DNA of 14,932 nt from Myxococcales bacterium (GCA_045863395.1 BTVJ01000132.1:1-14932); one strand, 5' to 3'; positions 1 through 7,932 are shown, counted from the stretch's first letter. Notes: generated from the letters alone by a model not told the origin. Translations and numbers: made by a program.

Positions 1-2
1 AC

Positions 3-2099
3 CCGGGCGCCATCGACGAGATCGGGCGAATGAAGGCCCAGATCGACCAGCGGGCCACCCGCGCCACCCGTCCGGGCGAGCGCGGCTTCGACCTGAAGCT
101 CGGGGAGGGCGGCATCCGGGAGATCGAGTTCTTCGTCAACGCCCTCCAGCTCGTCTGGGGAGGGCGCGCGCCCCACGTGCGCGACGTGTCGACCCTGCGG
201 GCGCTCGACCGCATGATGTTCGCCGGGCTCATCCGGCCCGACGACCACGAGGCCCTGCGCGACGCCTACCTGCTGCTCCGCCGGGTCGAGCACCGGCTCC
301 AGATGCGGGAGGACGCGCAGGTCTACGCCCTCCCCACCGATCCCGCTGCCCTCGACTCCCTCGCCCGGGGCATGGGCATCCCGGGGATCCCGTCGGGTGG
401 CACCCTCTCCGCCGGCACCCCATCGTCCGGCGCCTCCGCGGGCGAGCGCCTGCTCGCCCTCATCGCGGCCCACGCCCGCCGGGTGTCCACCATCTTTCGG
501 GGCCTCCTCCACGCCCAGGTGGCCCCCGACCCCGGCGCTGAACTGGCCTCCGTGGCCCTGGACGAGCAGTCTCCCCACGAAGCGCGCCGGGACGCCCTGC
601 GCTCCCTCGGCTTCGCGCAGCCCGACGCGGCCCTCGATCTGATCCGCTCGCTCCAGCACATCCCGTCGAGCCCGCTCCACGCCCGGCACGTGGCCCGGCA
701 GGGCGCCCTCGCCCGCACGCTGCTGTGCGACGTGGCGCGCTCCTCGGCGCCGGACCAGGCCCTCATCCGCCTCCGCGACCTGATCCGCACCCTGCAGGAC
801 GGCTCCAGCGTGTACGGCCTGCTGCGCGACAGCGCGCCGGTCCGCCGCATGCTGATCACGCTGTTCGCAGCGAGCCCCTTCCTGGCCCAGGCCGTCATCC
901 GGCGCCCGACGCTGCTCGACACCCTCGTGTTCCAGGGGCGCGGTCCTGCGTGCAAGGCTCGCGACGACATGGACGCCGAGCTGGGCCGCCTCCTCGACGG
1001 CGCCGACCTGGGCACTGGCCTCGACCTGTGCCGGCGCTTCCACACGGAGGAGCTGGTGCGTATCGGGCTCCTGGACATGGCCGGCGCCCTCGACGTGGAG
1101 TCGGTGGGCCACCAGCTCACCGACCTCGCCGACACGCTCGTCGCCGCGGTCCTGCGCCTGACCCGACAGGATCTCGTTGCCACTCACGGCCCCATGGCCG
1201 GCGCCCTCGCCATCTTCGGGTTCGGCCGTCTCGGCGCGCGGGAGATGGGCTACGGCTCGGACCTGGACATCCTGTTCGTCTACGGGGGCAGCGCAGCCCA
1301 CGACCCAGCGCTCGACCGCCACGGGTGGTTCACCCGCCTCGCGCAGCGGCTGATCACCAACGTCTCCTGCCTGCTCCCGGGTGGCCGCCTGTATGAGGTG
1401 GATACGCGGCTGCGGCCCAGCGGCAGCCGCGGTCCGCTGGTCACGTCTCTCGACGCCCTGCGCGCCTACCACGAGGGCAGCGCCGCCCTGTGGGAGCGCC
1501 AGGCGCTGATCAAGTGTCGCTTCGTCGCTGGCGATGCCACCCTGGCCGCCCCCATGCGGGAGCTGCTCGACCGCGTGGTCTTCATCGCGCAGCCCGCCTC
1601 GACGCTGGTCCCCGAGATGCGCCGGATCCGCTCCCGGGTCGAGTCCGAGGTTGCCCGGGAGGGGGGCGGCACCTATAATCCCAAGCTCGGGCGCGGCGGG
1701 ATCATGGACGTCGAGCACATCGTCCAGCTCCTGCAGCTCGTCCACGGCGCAGCACACCCGGAGCTCCGCAGCGGGAGCACCTTCGAGGCGCTGAGGGCCA
1801 TCAAGCAATCCCGCATCCTGCCGGCTCAGGCGGCGACGACGCTCCTTGACGCGTACTCGTTCCTGCGGCGGCTTGAGAACCGGATCCGTGTGGTGAGTGA
1901 CCGTCCCCCAACCTCGCTGAGCGCCCTCGACACCAGGTCCAACGATCTGGTACGAGTCGCACGGTGCATGGGGTACGGTGACCAGCCTGGGGAGCCAGCC
2001 ACGCGCCAGCTCCTGGTGCACTACGAGCGTCACACGGGGAGCGTGCGCACACTCTACGACCTGCTGCTGCCGGAGGGCGACCATGGTAGACAAGACTGA
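3..2099 (+). CDS. glnE: Bifunctional glutamine synthetase adenylyltransferase/deadenylylase (5' end outside window)
   Basis: Frame is open from position 3 (PGAIDEIGRMKAQID...). Two tandem GlnE half-domains: DLKLGEGGIREIEFFVNALQL and NPKLGRGGIMDVEHIVQLLQL. Nucleotidyltransferase motif GRLGAREMGYGSDLDILF, plus LYEVDTRLRPSG and WERQALIK. Confidence 0.95.
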   Translation, partial: PGAIDEIGRMKAQIDQRATRATRPGERGFDLKLGEGGIREIEFFVNALQLVWGGRAPHVRDVSTLRALDRMMFAGLIRPDDHEALRDAYLLLRRVEHRLQMREDAQVYALPTDPAALDSLARGMGIPGIPSGGTLSAGTPSSGASAGERLLALIAAHARRVSTIFRGLLHAQVAPDPGAELASVALDEQSPHEARRDALRSLGFAQPDAALDLIRSLQHIPSSPLHARHVARQGALARTLLCDVARSSAPDQALIRLRDLIRTLQDGSSVYGLLRDSAPVRRMLITLFAASPFLAQAVIRRPTLLDTLVFQGRGPACKARDDMDAELGRLLDGADLGTGLDLCRRFHTEELVRIGLLDMAGALDVESVGHQLTDLADTLVAAVLRLTRQDLVATHGPMAGALAIFGFGRLGAREMGYGSDLDILFVYGGSAAHDPALDRHGWFTRLAQRLITNVSCLLPGGRLYEVDTRLRPSGSRGPLVTSLDALRAYHEGSAALWERQALIKCRFVAGDATLAAPMRELLDRVVFIAQPASTLVPEMRRIRSRVESEVAREGGGTYNPKLGRGGIMDVEHIVQLLQLVHGAAHPELRSGSTFEALRAIKQSRILPAQAATTLLDAYSFLRRLENRIRVVSDRPPTSLSALDTRSNDLVRVARCMGYGDQPGEPATRQLLVHYERHTGSVRTLYDLLLPEGDHGRQD

Positions 2100-3009
2100 C
2101 TTCATCTGGATGGACGGCGAGCTCGTCCCCTGGGACCAGGCCAACGTCCACATCCTGACCCACACGCTGCACTATGGTCTCGGCGCCTTCGAGGGGATCC
2201 GCGCCTATGAGCAGGTCGACGGCCGCTCCGCCGTGTTCCGCCTCACCGAGCACATCCAGCGCCTGTTCAACTCGGCGAAGCTGCTCGGCATCGAGGTGCC
2301 CTTCAGCCGCGACACCATCGAGGCTGCGTGCATCAAGGTGCTCCAGGTCAATCGCATGAGGGCGGGCTACCTGCGCCCCCTCGTGTATGTGGGCATGGGC
2401 GCCATGGGCCTGTTCGCCATCGACAACCCCATCAAGGTCGCCATCGTCGCGTGGCCATGGGGGGCGTACCTCGGCGAGGAGGGGCTGCGCAAGGGCATCC
2501 GCGCCCGGGTGTCGAGCTTCACGCGCCACCACGTCAACTCCATGATGTCCAAGGGGAAGGTGCCCGGCCACTACGTGAACAGCGTGCTCGCCAAGCGGGA
2601 GGCCATGCGTGACGGCTACCAGGAGGCCATCATGCTCGACACCCAGGGCTTCGTCAGCGAGTGCAGCGGCGAGAACATCTTCGTGGTGCACCGGGGCCGG
2701 GTCCAGACCCCCGAGTACGGCTCGTCCATCCTGGGCGGCATCACGCGCGACACGGTGATGACCCTCGCCAAGGACGCCGGGCACGAGATCCGCGAGCACA
2801 AGTTCCCGCGCGACGTGATGTACCTGGCCGACGAGGTCTTCATGACGGGCACCGCCGCCGAGATCACGCCCGTGCGCGAGATCGACAACCGGACCATCGG
2901 CAACGGGGTCCCGGGTCCCGTCACGATGGCGCTCCAGGAGCGCTTCTTCCGGCTCGTGCGCGGCAACGACGAGCGCTCCCGGGAGTGGTGCGCCACCTAT
3001 ACCCTCTGA
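2083..3009 (+). CDS. ilvE: Branched-chain amino acid aminotransferase (PLP fold type IV)
   Basis: ATG 2083 with GGAGGG at 2072-2077; overlaps the glnE end by 17 nt. Motifs IWMDGELVPW, LHYGLGAFEGIRAY, KVPGHYVNS (PLP Lys), ECSGENIF, ILGGITR and ADEVFMTGTAAEITPV. Confidence 0.96.
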   Translation: MVDKTDFIWMDGELVPWDQANVHILTHTLHYGLGAFEGIRAYEQVDGRSAVFRLTEHIQRLFNSAKLLGIEVPFSRDTIEAACIKVLQVNRMRAGYLRPLVYVGMGAMGLFAIDNPIKVAIVAWPWGAYLGEEGLRKGIRARVSSFTRHHVNSMMSKGKVPGHYVNSVLAKREAMRDGYQEAIMLDTQGFVSECSGENIFVVHRGRVQTPEYGSSILGGITRDTVMTLAKDAGHEIREHKFPRDVMYLADEVFMTGTAAEITPVREIDNRTIGNGVPGPVTMALQERFFRLVRGNDERSREWCATYTL

Positions 3010-3014
3010 GCCTC

Positions 3015-3548
3015 GTGGACAACCTGACCCGACTGCACGCACGCCTCGACGCCTTCTTCGCGCGGGTGGTCGAGCGCCACGGCGAGCACATGGCGTGCGC
3101 GGCAGGGTGCAGCGGGTGCTGCCAGCAGAGCCTGTCGGTGTTCACCGTGGAGATGGACCGCATCCTCGCGGCCGTCGATGCGCTCCCACCCGCGGCGCGT
3201 GATCGCCTGCGCTCGCGCGTCGTGGCCGCCCTCGCCGCAGCGCTCCCCGCGGATGAGACCCCGTGCGTCCTGCTCGAAGACGACCGCTGCACCGTCTACG
3301 AATCGCGGCCGTCCATCTGCCGGACCCACGGGGCGCCTGTGCAGCTCCCGCGCGAGGTGGGTGACGGCCGCGACGTGTGCCCCCTCAACTTCACTGGGCG
3401 CCCGCTCTCCGAGGTCCCCTCGTCGGACGTCCTGAGCCTCGACACCCTGAATGAGACCCTGGCGGCGGTCAACCACGTGGCCCTGACGCCCGGCCGGCCC
3501 GCCCGGGTCGACATCACTCGCGCCCTCGCCGCCCACCTCGATGGGTGA
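3015..3548 (+). CDS. YkgJ/UPF0153-family cysteine-cluster (putative Zn/Fe-S chelating) protein
   Basis: Probable GTG start 5 nt after the ilvE stop (start uncertain). CAAGCSGCC, then PCVLLEDDRCTVYESRPSICRTHG and a distal CPLNF: the CxxxCxxCC...C...C.vY..RP..CR signature. Confidence 0.85.
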   Translation: MDNLTRLHARLDAFFARVVERHGEHMACAAGCSGCCQQSLSVFTVEMDRILAAVDALPPAARDRLRSRVVAALAAALPADETPCVLLEDDRCTVYESRPSICRTHGAPVQLPREVGDGRDVCPLNFTGRPLSEVPSSDVLSLDTLNETLAAVNHVALTPGRPARVDITRALAAHLDG

Positions 3549-3585
3549 CCTCGGCGAAGTCGCACCCACTCGGTCGCAATTGGCG

Positions 3586-3615
3586 TTGCCGCGACGATCC
3601 CCGCGGTGGTAGGCT
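3586..3615 (+). promoter_or_regulatory. Putative sigma70 promoter of the cytochrome c gene
   Basis: TTGCCG (3586-3591), 18-nt spacer, TAGGCT (3610-3615) preceded by an extended -10 TGn. Confidence 0.5.
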
Positions 3616-3625
3616 CCACACCCTC

Positions 3626-4039
3626 ATGAGAACCCGCATCATCTCAAGCGTCCTCGCCCTCGCCCTCGCCTCCTGCTCCGACGCGGGGGGCACCGTCTCT
3701 CGCTGCGTGCCGGAGGGACAGTGCCAGGAGCTCCTCGCCCACCAGTCCGTGTTCACCTCCGTCGGTGGTGACCCAGGCCGCGGCAAAGAGATCTTCGACG
3801 CCCGCTGCTCCAAGTGCCACGGCGAGGACGGCAAGGGGGTCCGGGGCCAGACGACGGTGGATCTGACCAGCGCCGCGTGGCAGCAAGGGCACACGGACAA
3901 TCAGGTGCGCCTGACCATCTTGCGGGGCCGAGGCATGATGATGCCTGCGTTTCCCCTGGAGGAGCAGGAGCTGAAGGACGTGGTGTCCCACGTCCGGACG
4001 CTGAAGATCGCGCCGCCGGTGGTCGAGAAGGGGTATTGA
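3626..4039 (+). CDS. Monoheme class I cytochrome c, predicted lipoprotein
   Basis: ATG 3626. Signal peptide MRTRIISSVLALALAS-C with lipobox LASC; GDPGRGKEIFDARCSKCHGEDGKG (CxxCH); distal Met ligand candidate in GRGMMMPAF; C-terminal helix ELKDVVSHVRTL. Confidence 0.9.
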   Translation: MRTRIISSVLALALASCSDAGGTVSRCVPEGQCQELLAHQSVFTSVGGDPGRGKEIFDARCSKCHGEDGKGVRGQTTVDLTSAAWQQGHTDNQVRLTILRGRGMMMPAFPLEEQELKDVVSHVRTLKIAPPVVEKGY

Positions 4040-4047
4040 GGGGCTGA

Positions 4048-4079
4048 GTCCCCGCGCCTCTCGGGCGTGGGATTGAAAC
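4048..4079 (+). repeat. Solitary CRISPR-repeat-like hairpin (single copy; may also act as a 3'-end/terminator structure between convergent genes)
   Basis: GTCCCCGCGCCTCTCGGGCGTGGGATTGAAAC (32 nt): 8-bp stem CCCGCGCC/GGCGTGGG (one G-U) followed directly by ATTGAAAC. No second copy seen in the window, so it is not an array. Confidence 0.5.
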
Positions 4080-4082
4080 GGC

Positions 4083-5435
4083 CTACTTCGTCACGGTCGC
4101 TGGCTGGGGGGCCTTGGCGGCGTCCTCGCGCTTCTTGAAGTACGCCTCGAGGTAGATGATCAGCGGGCTGGCCACCGCGATGGAGGAGTACGTTCCGACC
4201 ATGATGCCCACGAAGAGGGCGAAGGCGAAGTCGCGGATCAGGCCGCCGCCCAGGAACAGGATGGAGACGACCACGAGCAGGGTCGTGCCCGAGGTCAGGA
4301 TGGTGCGGGACAGGGTCTCGTTGATGCTCAGGTTGATCACCGAGCCCAGGTCCTTGGAGCGGAACTTGCCCACGTTCTCGCGGATGCGGTCAAACACCAC
4401 GATGGTGTCGTTCAGAGAGTATCCGACGATGGTCAGCAGGGCCGCGATGATCGGCTGTGTGAACTTGATCTGCACGATGGCGAACACGCCGAGGGTGATC
4501 ACCGTGTCGTGGATCAAGGCGACGACGGCGCCCGGAGAGTAGCGGAAGTCGAACCGCAGGGCGATGTAGAGCAGAATCCCGATCAGCGAGTACAAGATGG
4601 CGATCAGACCTTGATTCAGCAGGTCGCGGCCCACCGAGGCGCTGACCGACGTGGACGACTCCACCTCGATGAAGGTCTCGCCGAACGCTCCCTTCAGCGA
4701 CTCCGTCACCTTGTTGCTCAGCTCCTGGATGGTCACGGTGAAGGTCGTGTCCGACATCAGCGCGACCTTCTTCTGCTTCTCGAGCTTGTAGACCTTCTCC
4801 GAGGCTTCGAAGGCGGCCGCGCCCTCATCGCCAGCGGCGGCGTCCTGCTCCGCCAGGTTCATGGACTTGTAGTGCTCGATGTCGAGGCGGCGCTCGGCCT
4901 CGCTCTCGATGGCGATGTCCGTGAAGCCGGCCTGGCCGAAGACGGCGCTGATCTCTGCGGTCCGCTCCGTGATGCCCGCCTCCGCGGGGAACTGGAGGTA
5001 GAACTTGTCCTCCCCCTCCTCCGCGATGTCCACCCGCAGGTCGTCGCCGAAGCGCGCCTTGAGGGCTCCGCGGAGTGCCTCCTTCTTGTCGTTGGACACC
5101 AGGGTCGTCAGCTCCGTGAAGACCACGAAGCGCTTCGACTCCTCCCCCGCCTCGGTGCCGATGTCGAAGTCCTGCACCTCCACCTGGGTGCCGGACTCGC
5201 CCGTCTCCTTCTGGACGAGGGCGTCGATGGACTCCTTGATCTTGCCCCGGTCCACCTGGGCGTCGTCCTTGAAGGCGACGATCAGCTTGGTGCCGCCCTT
5301 GAAGTCGATGCCCAGGTTGAGCCCGAACACCAGCAGCGCGACGAGGCTGATGAGCACAGCCGACCCCGAGATGCCGAAGAAGAGCCTCCGGCGCCCCATG
5401 AAGTCGTAGTTCGTATCTGGCTTGATGAACTCCAT
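4083..5435 (-). CDS. secF: Protein translocase subunit SecF
   Basis: GLNLGIDFKGGT, SVSASVGRDL, YIALRF, ALIHD, LLTIVGYSLNDTIVVFDRIREN, SINETLSRTILTSGTT and GTYSSIAVA. SD GGAG lies in the 12-nt gap after secD. Confidence 0.97.
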   Translation of the reverse strand: MEFIKPDTNYDFMGRRRLFFGISGSAVLISLVALLVFGLNLGIDFKGGTKLIVAFKDDAQVDRGKIKESIDALVQKETGESGTQVEVQDFDIGTEAGEESKRFVVFTELTTLVSNDKKEALRGALKARFGDDLRVDIAEEGEDKFYLQFPAEAGITERTAEISAVFGQAGFTDIAIESEAERRLDIEHYKSMNLAEQDAAAGDEGAAAFEASEKVYKLEKQKKVALMSDTTFTVTIQELSNKVTESLKGAFGETFIEVESSTSVSASVGRDLLNQGLIAILYSLIGILLYIALRFDFRYSPGAVVALIHDTVITLGVFAIVQIKFTQPIIAALLTIVGYSLNDTIVVFDRIRENVGKFRSKDLGSVINLSINETLSRTILTSGTTLLVVVSILFLGGGLIRDFAFALFVGIMVGTYSSIAVASPLIIYLEAYFKKREDAAKAPQPATVTK

Positions 5436-5447
5436 GCGCCGTACTCC

Positions 5448-7262
5448 TCAGATGCTCAGTGTCGTGACGCGCTTGCGCTCGAGGATGAAGTCGAAGACCG
5501 TGCGGGTCACGTACACGGCCGTGAACACCGAGCAGACGATGCCGGTGAGCAGCACCACCGCGAAGCCGTAGATGGGGCCGCTCGTGTAGTTGAGCAGGAT
5601 GATTCCCGCCAGCGCCGTGGTCACGTTGGCGTCGAAGATCGTCCAGAAGGCCTTCTCGTACCCGGCGTCCACCGAAGCCTTCGGTGAGCGTCCGCCGCGC
5701 AGCTCTTCTCGTATACGCTCGAAGATCAGCACGTTGGCGTCCACCGCCATGCCGATGGTCAGCACCAGGCCCGCCATGCCCGGCAGCGTCATCGCTGCAT
5801 TGAAGCTGATCAGGATGGCCAGGATGAACAGCACGTTGAGCAGCAGCGCCAGGTTGGCGATCCAGCCGGCGCGGCGGTAGTAGACGACCATGAAGATCAC
5901 CACCAGCACGCTGCCTACGATGAGCGCGAAGGAGCCACTGCGGATGGAGTCGCGACCGAGCGATGGTCCGACCGCGTGGTCGTGAACCTTGTGGACGGGG
6001 GCCTTGTAGGCGCCGTGGTTCAGCACGGTGACCAGCGCGCGGGCGTCGGCCAGGATCTCGTTGGGCGTGCGGTTGCCACCCATGGTGATCCGCGCGCGGC
6101 CGCCGGAGATCACCTCGCGGATGCGCGGAGCGCTCGTCACGTCGTCGTCCAGCATGATGGCCATGTCCTGGCCCTCGTACTGGCGCGTGACCTCCTCGAA
6201 GATGTCTGCCCCCTCGCCGTTGAGCTCCAGGTTGACGGCCCACACGTCCCGCTCGTCCGGGACCACGGCCGCCCGGGTCAGGTAGTCGCCGGACAGCTCG
6301 ATCTTCGAGAACAGGTAGTGGGTGCGCCAGTAGCTCTCGGTGGTGACGTTCCCCGACTTCTGCTCGATGAGCTCGAAGCCGATCATGTGGTCGTCAGGAA
6401 CGTCCAGGGTGGAGACGAAGCCGACCAGCTCGCTCTTGCGCTGCGCGCGGACGATGGTCTCCTTGTAGTTGGGGTCGACCTCCAGCTTGATGGTCTTGGC
6501 CTTGTCCGGGTTCGCCGCCTTCCACTGATCGAGCACGCCCTGCTTGTCCGCCAGGAAGTTGGCCGTGTGGTCCACGATGCGGAAGGTGAGCTGAGCGGTC
6601 TGGCCGATGCGCTCCCGCACGATGGCCATCTGGGCCTTGTCCACGCCCGGCATCTGGATGTCGATGTCGGTCTCGCCGTTCTTGCGCACGTCGGGCTCGA
6701 CCAGCCCGAAGGCCTCGACTCGCTTGCGAATGATGACCAGGGTCTCGTTGACGATCTCGTCCTTGACCTGCTCGATGGTCTGGTCGCTCATCGAGATGAG
6801 GACCTTCGCCCCATCCGTGTCGACGACCTGGTACCGGTCAGCCCAGATGGACATGAACTCCGAGTCCACGAGCTCCGCATCGGCCTCGCTTGCGAACGTG
6901 AACTCGACGGTGGCGAAGTCCGTGACCTTGCTCGCGATGGCGTCGCGCAGCTTCTTCCGCTCGTCCTTCGACAGGGCCTCCGGGTCCTTGCCGTCCCGCT
7001 CGGACGCCTTGTCGATGACCCGGTCGACGATGGTGAACCGGAGCCGGTTGGAGTTGTCGCGGATCGCCTTCTTGTAGTCGACGGTGTACCGCAGCTCCAG
7101 GCCACCCTGCAGGTCGAGGCCGTAGTTGAGCGTCTGGGAGAAGATGCCAGTGTACCACGCCGGCAGCTTGTCCTTGCCCACGAGCGTCGGCAGCACGTAG
7201 AGCAACGCGAAGACCGACAGCAGGATGAGGAAGAACCGTCGCCAGATGCGCTTCTTTTCCAT
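5448..7262 (-). CDS. secD: Protein translocase subunit SecD
   Basis: LNYGLDLQGG, RVEAFGLVEP, VGPSLGRDSI, TLPGMAGLVLTIGMAVDANVLIFERIREE, TIFDANVTT and GPIYGFAV. SD AGGAG at 7274-7278. Confidence 0.97.
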   Translation of the reverse strand: MEKKRIWRRFFLILLSVFALLYVLPTLVGKDKLPAWYTGIFSQTLNYGLDLQGGLELRYTVDYKKAIRDNSNRLRFTIVDRVIDKASERDGKDPEALSKDERKKLRDAIASKVTDFATVEFTFASEADAELVDSEFMSIWADRYQVVDTDGAKVLISMSDQTIEQVKDEIVNETLVIIRKRVEAFGLVEPDVRKNGETDIDIQMPGVDKAQMAIVRERIGQTAQLTFRIVDHTANFLADKQGVLDQWKAANPDKAKTIKLEVDPNYKETIVRAQRKSELVGFVSTLDVPDDHMIGFELIEQKSGNVTTESYWRTHYLFSKIELSGDYLTRAAVVPDERDVWAVNLELNGEGADIFEEVTRQYEGQDMAIMLDDDVTSAPRIREVISGGRARITMGGNRTPNEILADARALVTVLNHGAYKAPVHKVHDHAVGPSLGRDSIRSGSFALIVGSVLVVIFMVVYYRRAGWIANLALLLNVLFILAILISFNAAMTLPGMAGLVLTIGMAVDANVLIFERIREELRGGRSPKASVDAGYEKAFWTIFDANVTTALAGIILLNYTSGPIYGFAVVLLTGIVCSVFTAVYVTRTVFDFILERKRVTTLSI

Positions 7263-7345
7263 ATCGTCCCTAGCTCCTCGGGATTCTGGTCCAGACCCGG
7301 GTCGAGAAACTGAGCTGCAGGGGCACGAGGTGTGCCTCGCCGGCC

Positions 7346-7786
7346 CTACTGCGTCTTGCTGAGCAGAGATGCGTCCTTCTGGGCGCCTCCCTCCTCCGTG
7401 GAGGACTGGCGGCCCGCGACGTGGCTCTTCAGCACGCGGATCACCGTGTCCTTGGCGACCTCCAGGTGCACCACGTGCTCGTCGATCTGCGCGATGCGCC
7501 CATAGATGCCGCTGTTCGTGATCACCGTGTCACCCCGCTTCAGCGAGGTGACCAGCTCCTTGTGCTCCTTCGCCCGCTTCTGCTGCGGGCGGAAGATCAG
7601 CAGGTAGAAGATGGCGATCATGATGCCGAAGAAGATCAGCGTCTGGAGCATGGAGCCGCCCTGCGGGGCGGCGGCCGGGTCGCCGGCGGGAGCGCCGGCG
7701 GGCGCTGCGGGCGCTCCGGGTGCTGGCTCGCCTGGCTGGAGGTTGCTCTGCGCGAAGATCGCGGCGCGAAGGAGGAGGTCCGTCAT
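7346..7786 (-). CDS. yajC: Preprotein translocase subunit YajC
   Basis: TM segment then FYLLIFRPQQKRAKEHKELVTSLKRGDTVITNSGIYGRI; lies between tgt and secD. Pro/Ala-rich N-terminal extension; the start could be a later Met. Confidence 0.95.
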   Translation of the reverse strand: MTDLLLRAAIFAQSNLQPGEPAPGAPAAPAGAPAGDPAAAPQGGSMLQTLIFFGIMIAIFYLLIFRPQQKRAKEHKELVTSLKRGDTVITNSGIYGRIAQIDEHVVHLEVAKDTVIRVLKSHVAGRQSSTEEGGAQKDASLLSKTQ

Positions 7787-7902
7787 CTGCTACTGCCTGT
7801 CGTGCTTCGCCCCGCGCAGATGCGGGGCCCGTGGTGCCTTCGCGACGTGAATCGTCCCCGAGACGGTACGAATCGGGACACCCCGCCCACGAAAAGCGAG
7901 GC

Positions 7903-7932
7903 TTTCTACCAAACCCCCGTCGGAGCGGTCAA
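7903..7932 (-). promoter_or_regulatory. Putative internal sigma70 promoter for yajC-secD-secF
   Basis: Minus strand: TTGACC (7932-7927, overlapping the tgt stop), 18-nt spacer, TAGAAA (7908-7903) with extended -10 TGn. Confidence 0.55.

Noticed and set aside
1800..2060. Less GC-biased codon usage at the glnE 3' end, suggesting an internal ilvE promoter or a foreign patch
   Set aside because: No correctly spaced -35/-10 pair found by eye, and the protein still reads as a normal GlnE C-terminus.
2661..3014. Extended N-termini in the ORF track (YkgJ from 2661, ilvE from 1978, cytochrome c from 3545, UDG from 14072, DGC from 10208, small protein from 13378)
   Set aside because: They overlap genuine genes or promoters, have Arg/Pro-rich off-frame composition, and better-supported downstream starts exist.
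3559..3590. GTCGCACCCACTCGGTCGCAATTGG resembles the start of type I-C CRISPR repeats, as a possible second repeat flanking the cytochrome c gene
   Set aside because: No proper stem, no ATTGAAAC end, poor identity to the 4048-4079 element, and about 460 bp away.
4048..4079. Calling a true CRISPR array or a canonical intrinsic terminator
   Set aside because: Only one copy, no spacers or cas genes in the window, and no U-tract on either strand. Reported only as repeat-like.
4509..7313. Long alternative-frame and antisense ORFs over secD/secF (similar ones lie over other genes)
   Set aside because: Expected stop-codon scarcity in high-GC DNA; no recognisable motifs.
7322..7339. Two alternative 5-bp hairpins just after the yajC stop
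   Set aside because: Too short for high-GC DNA and no U-tract; no support for a switch or terminator.
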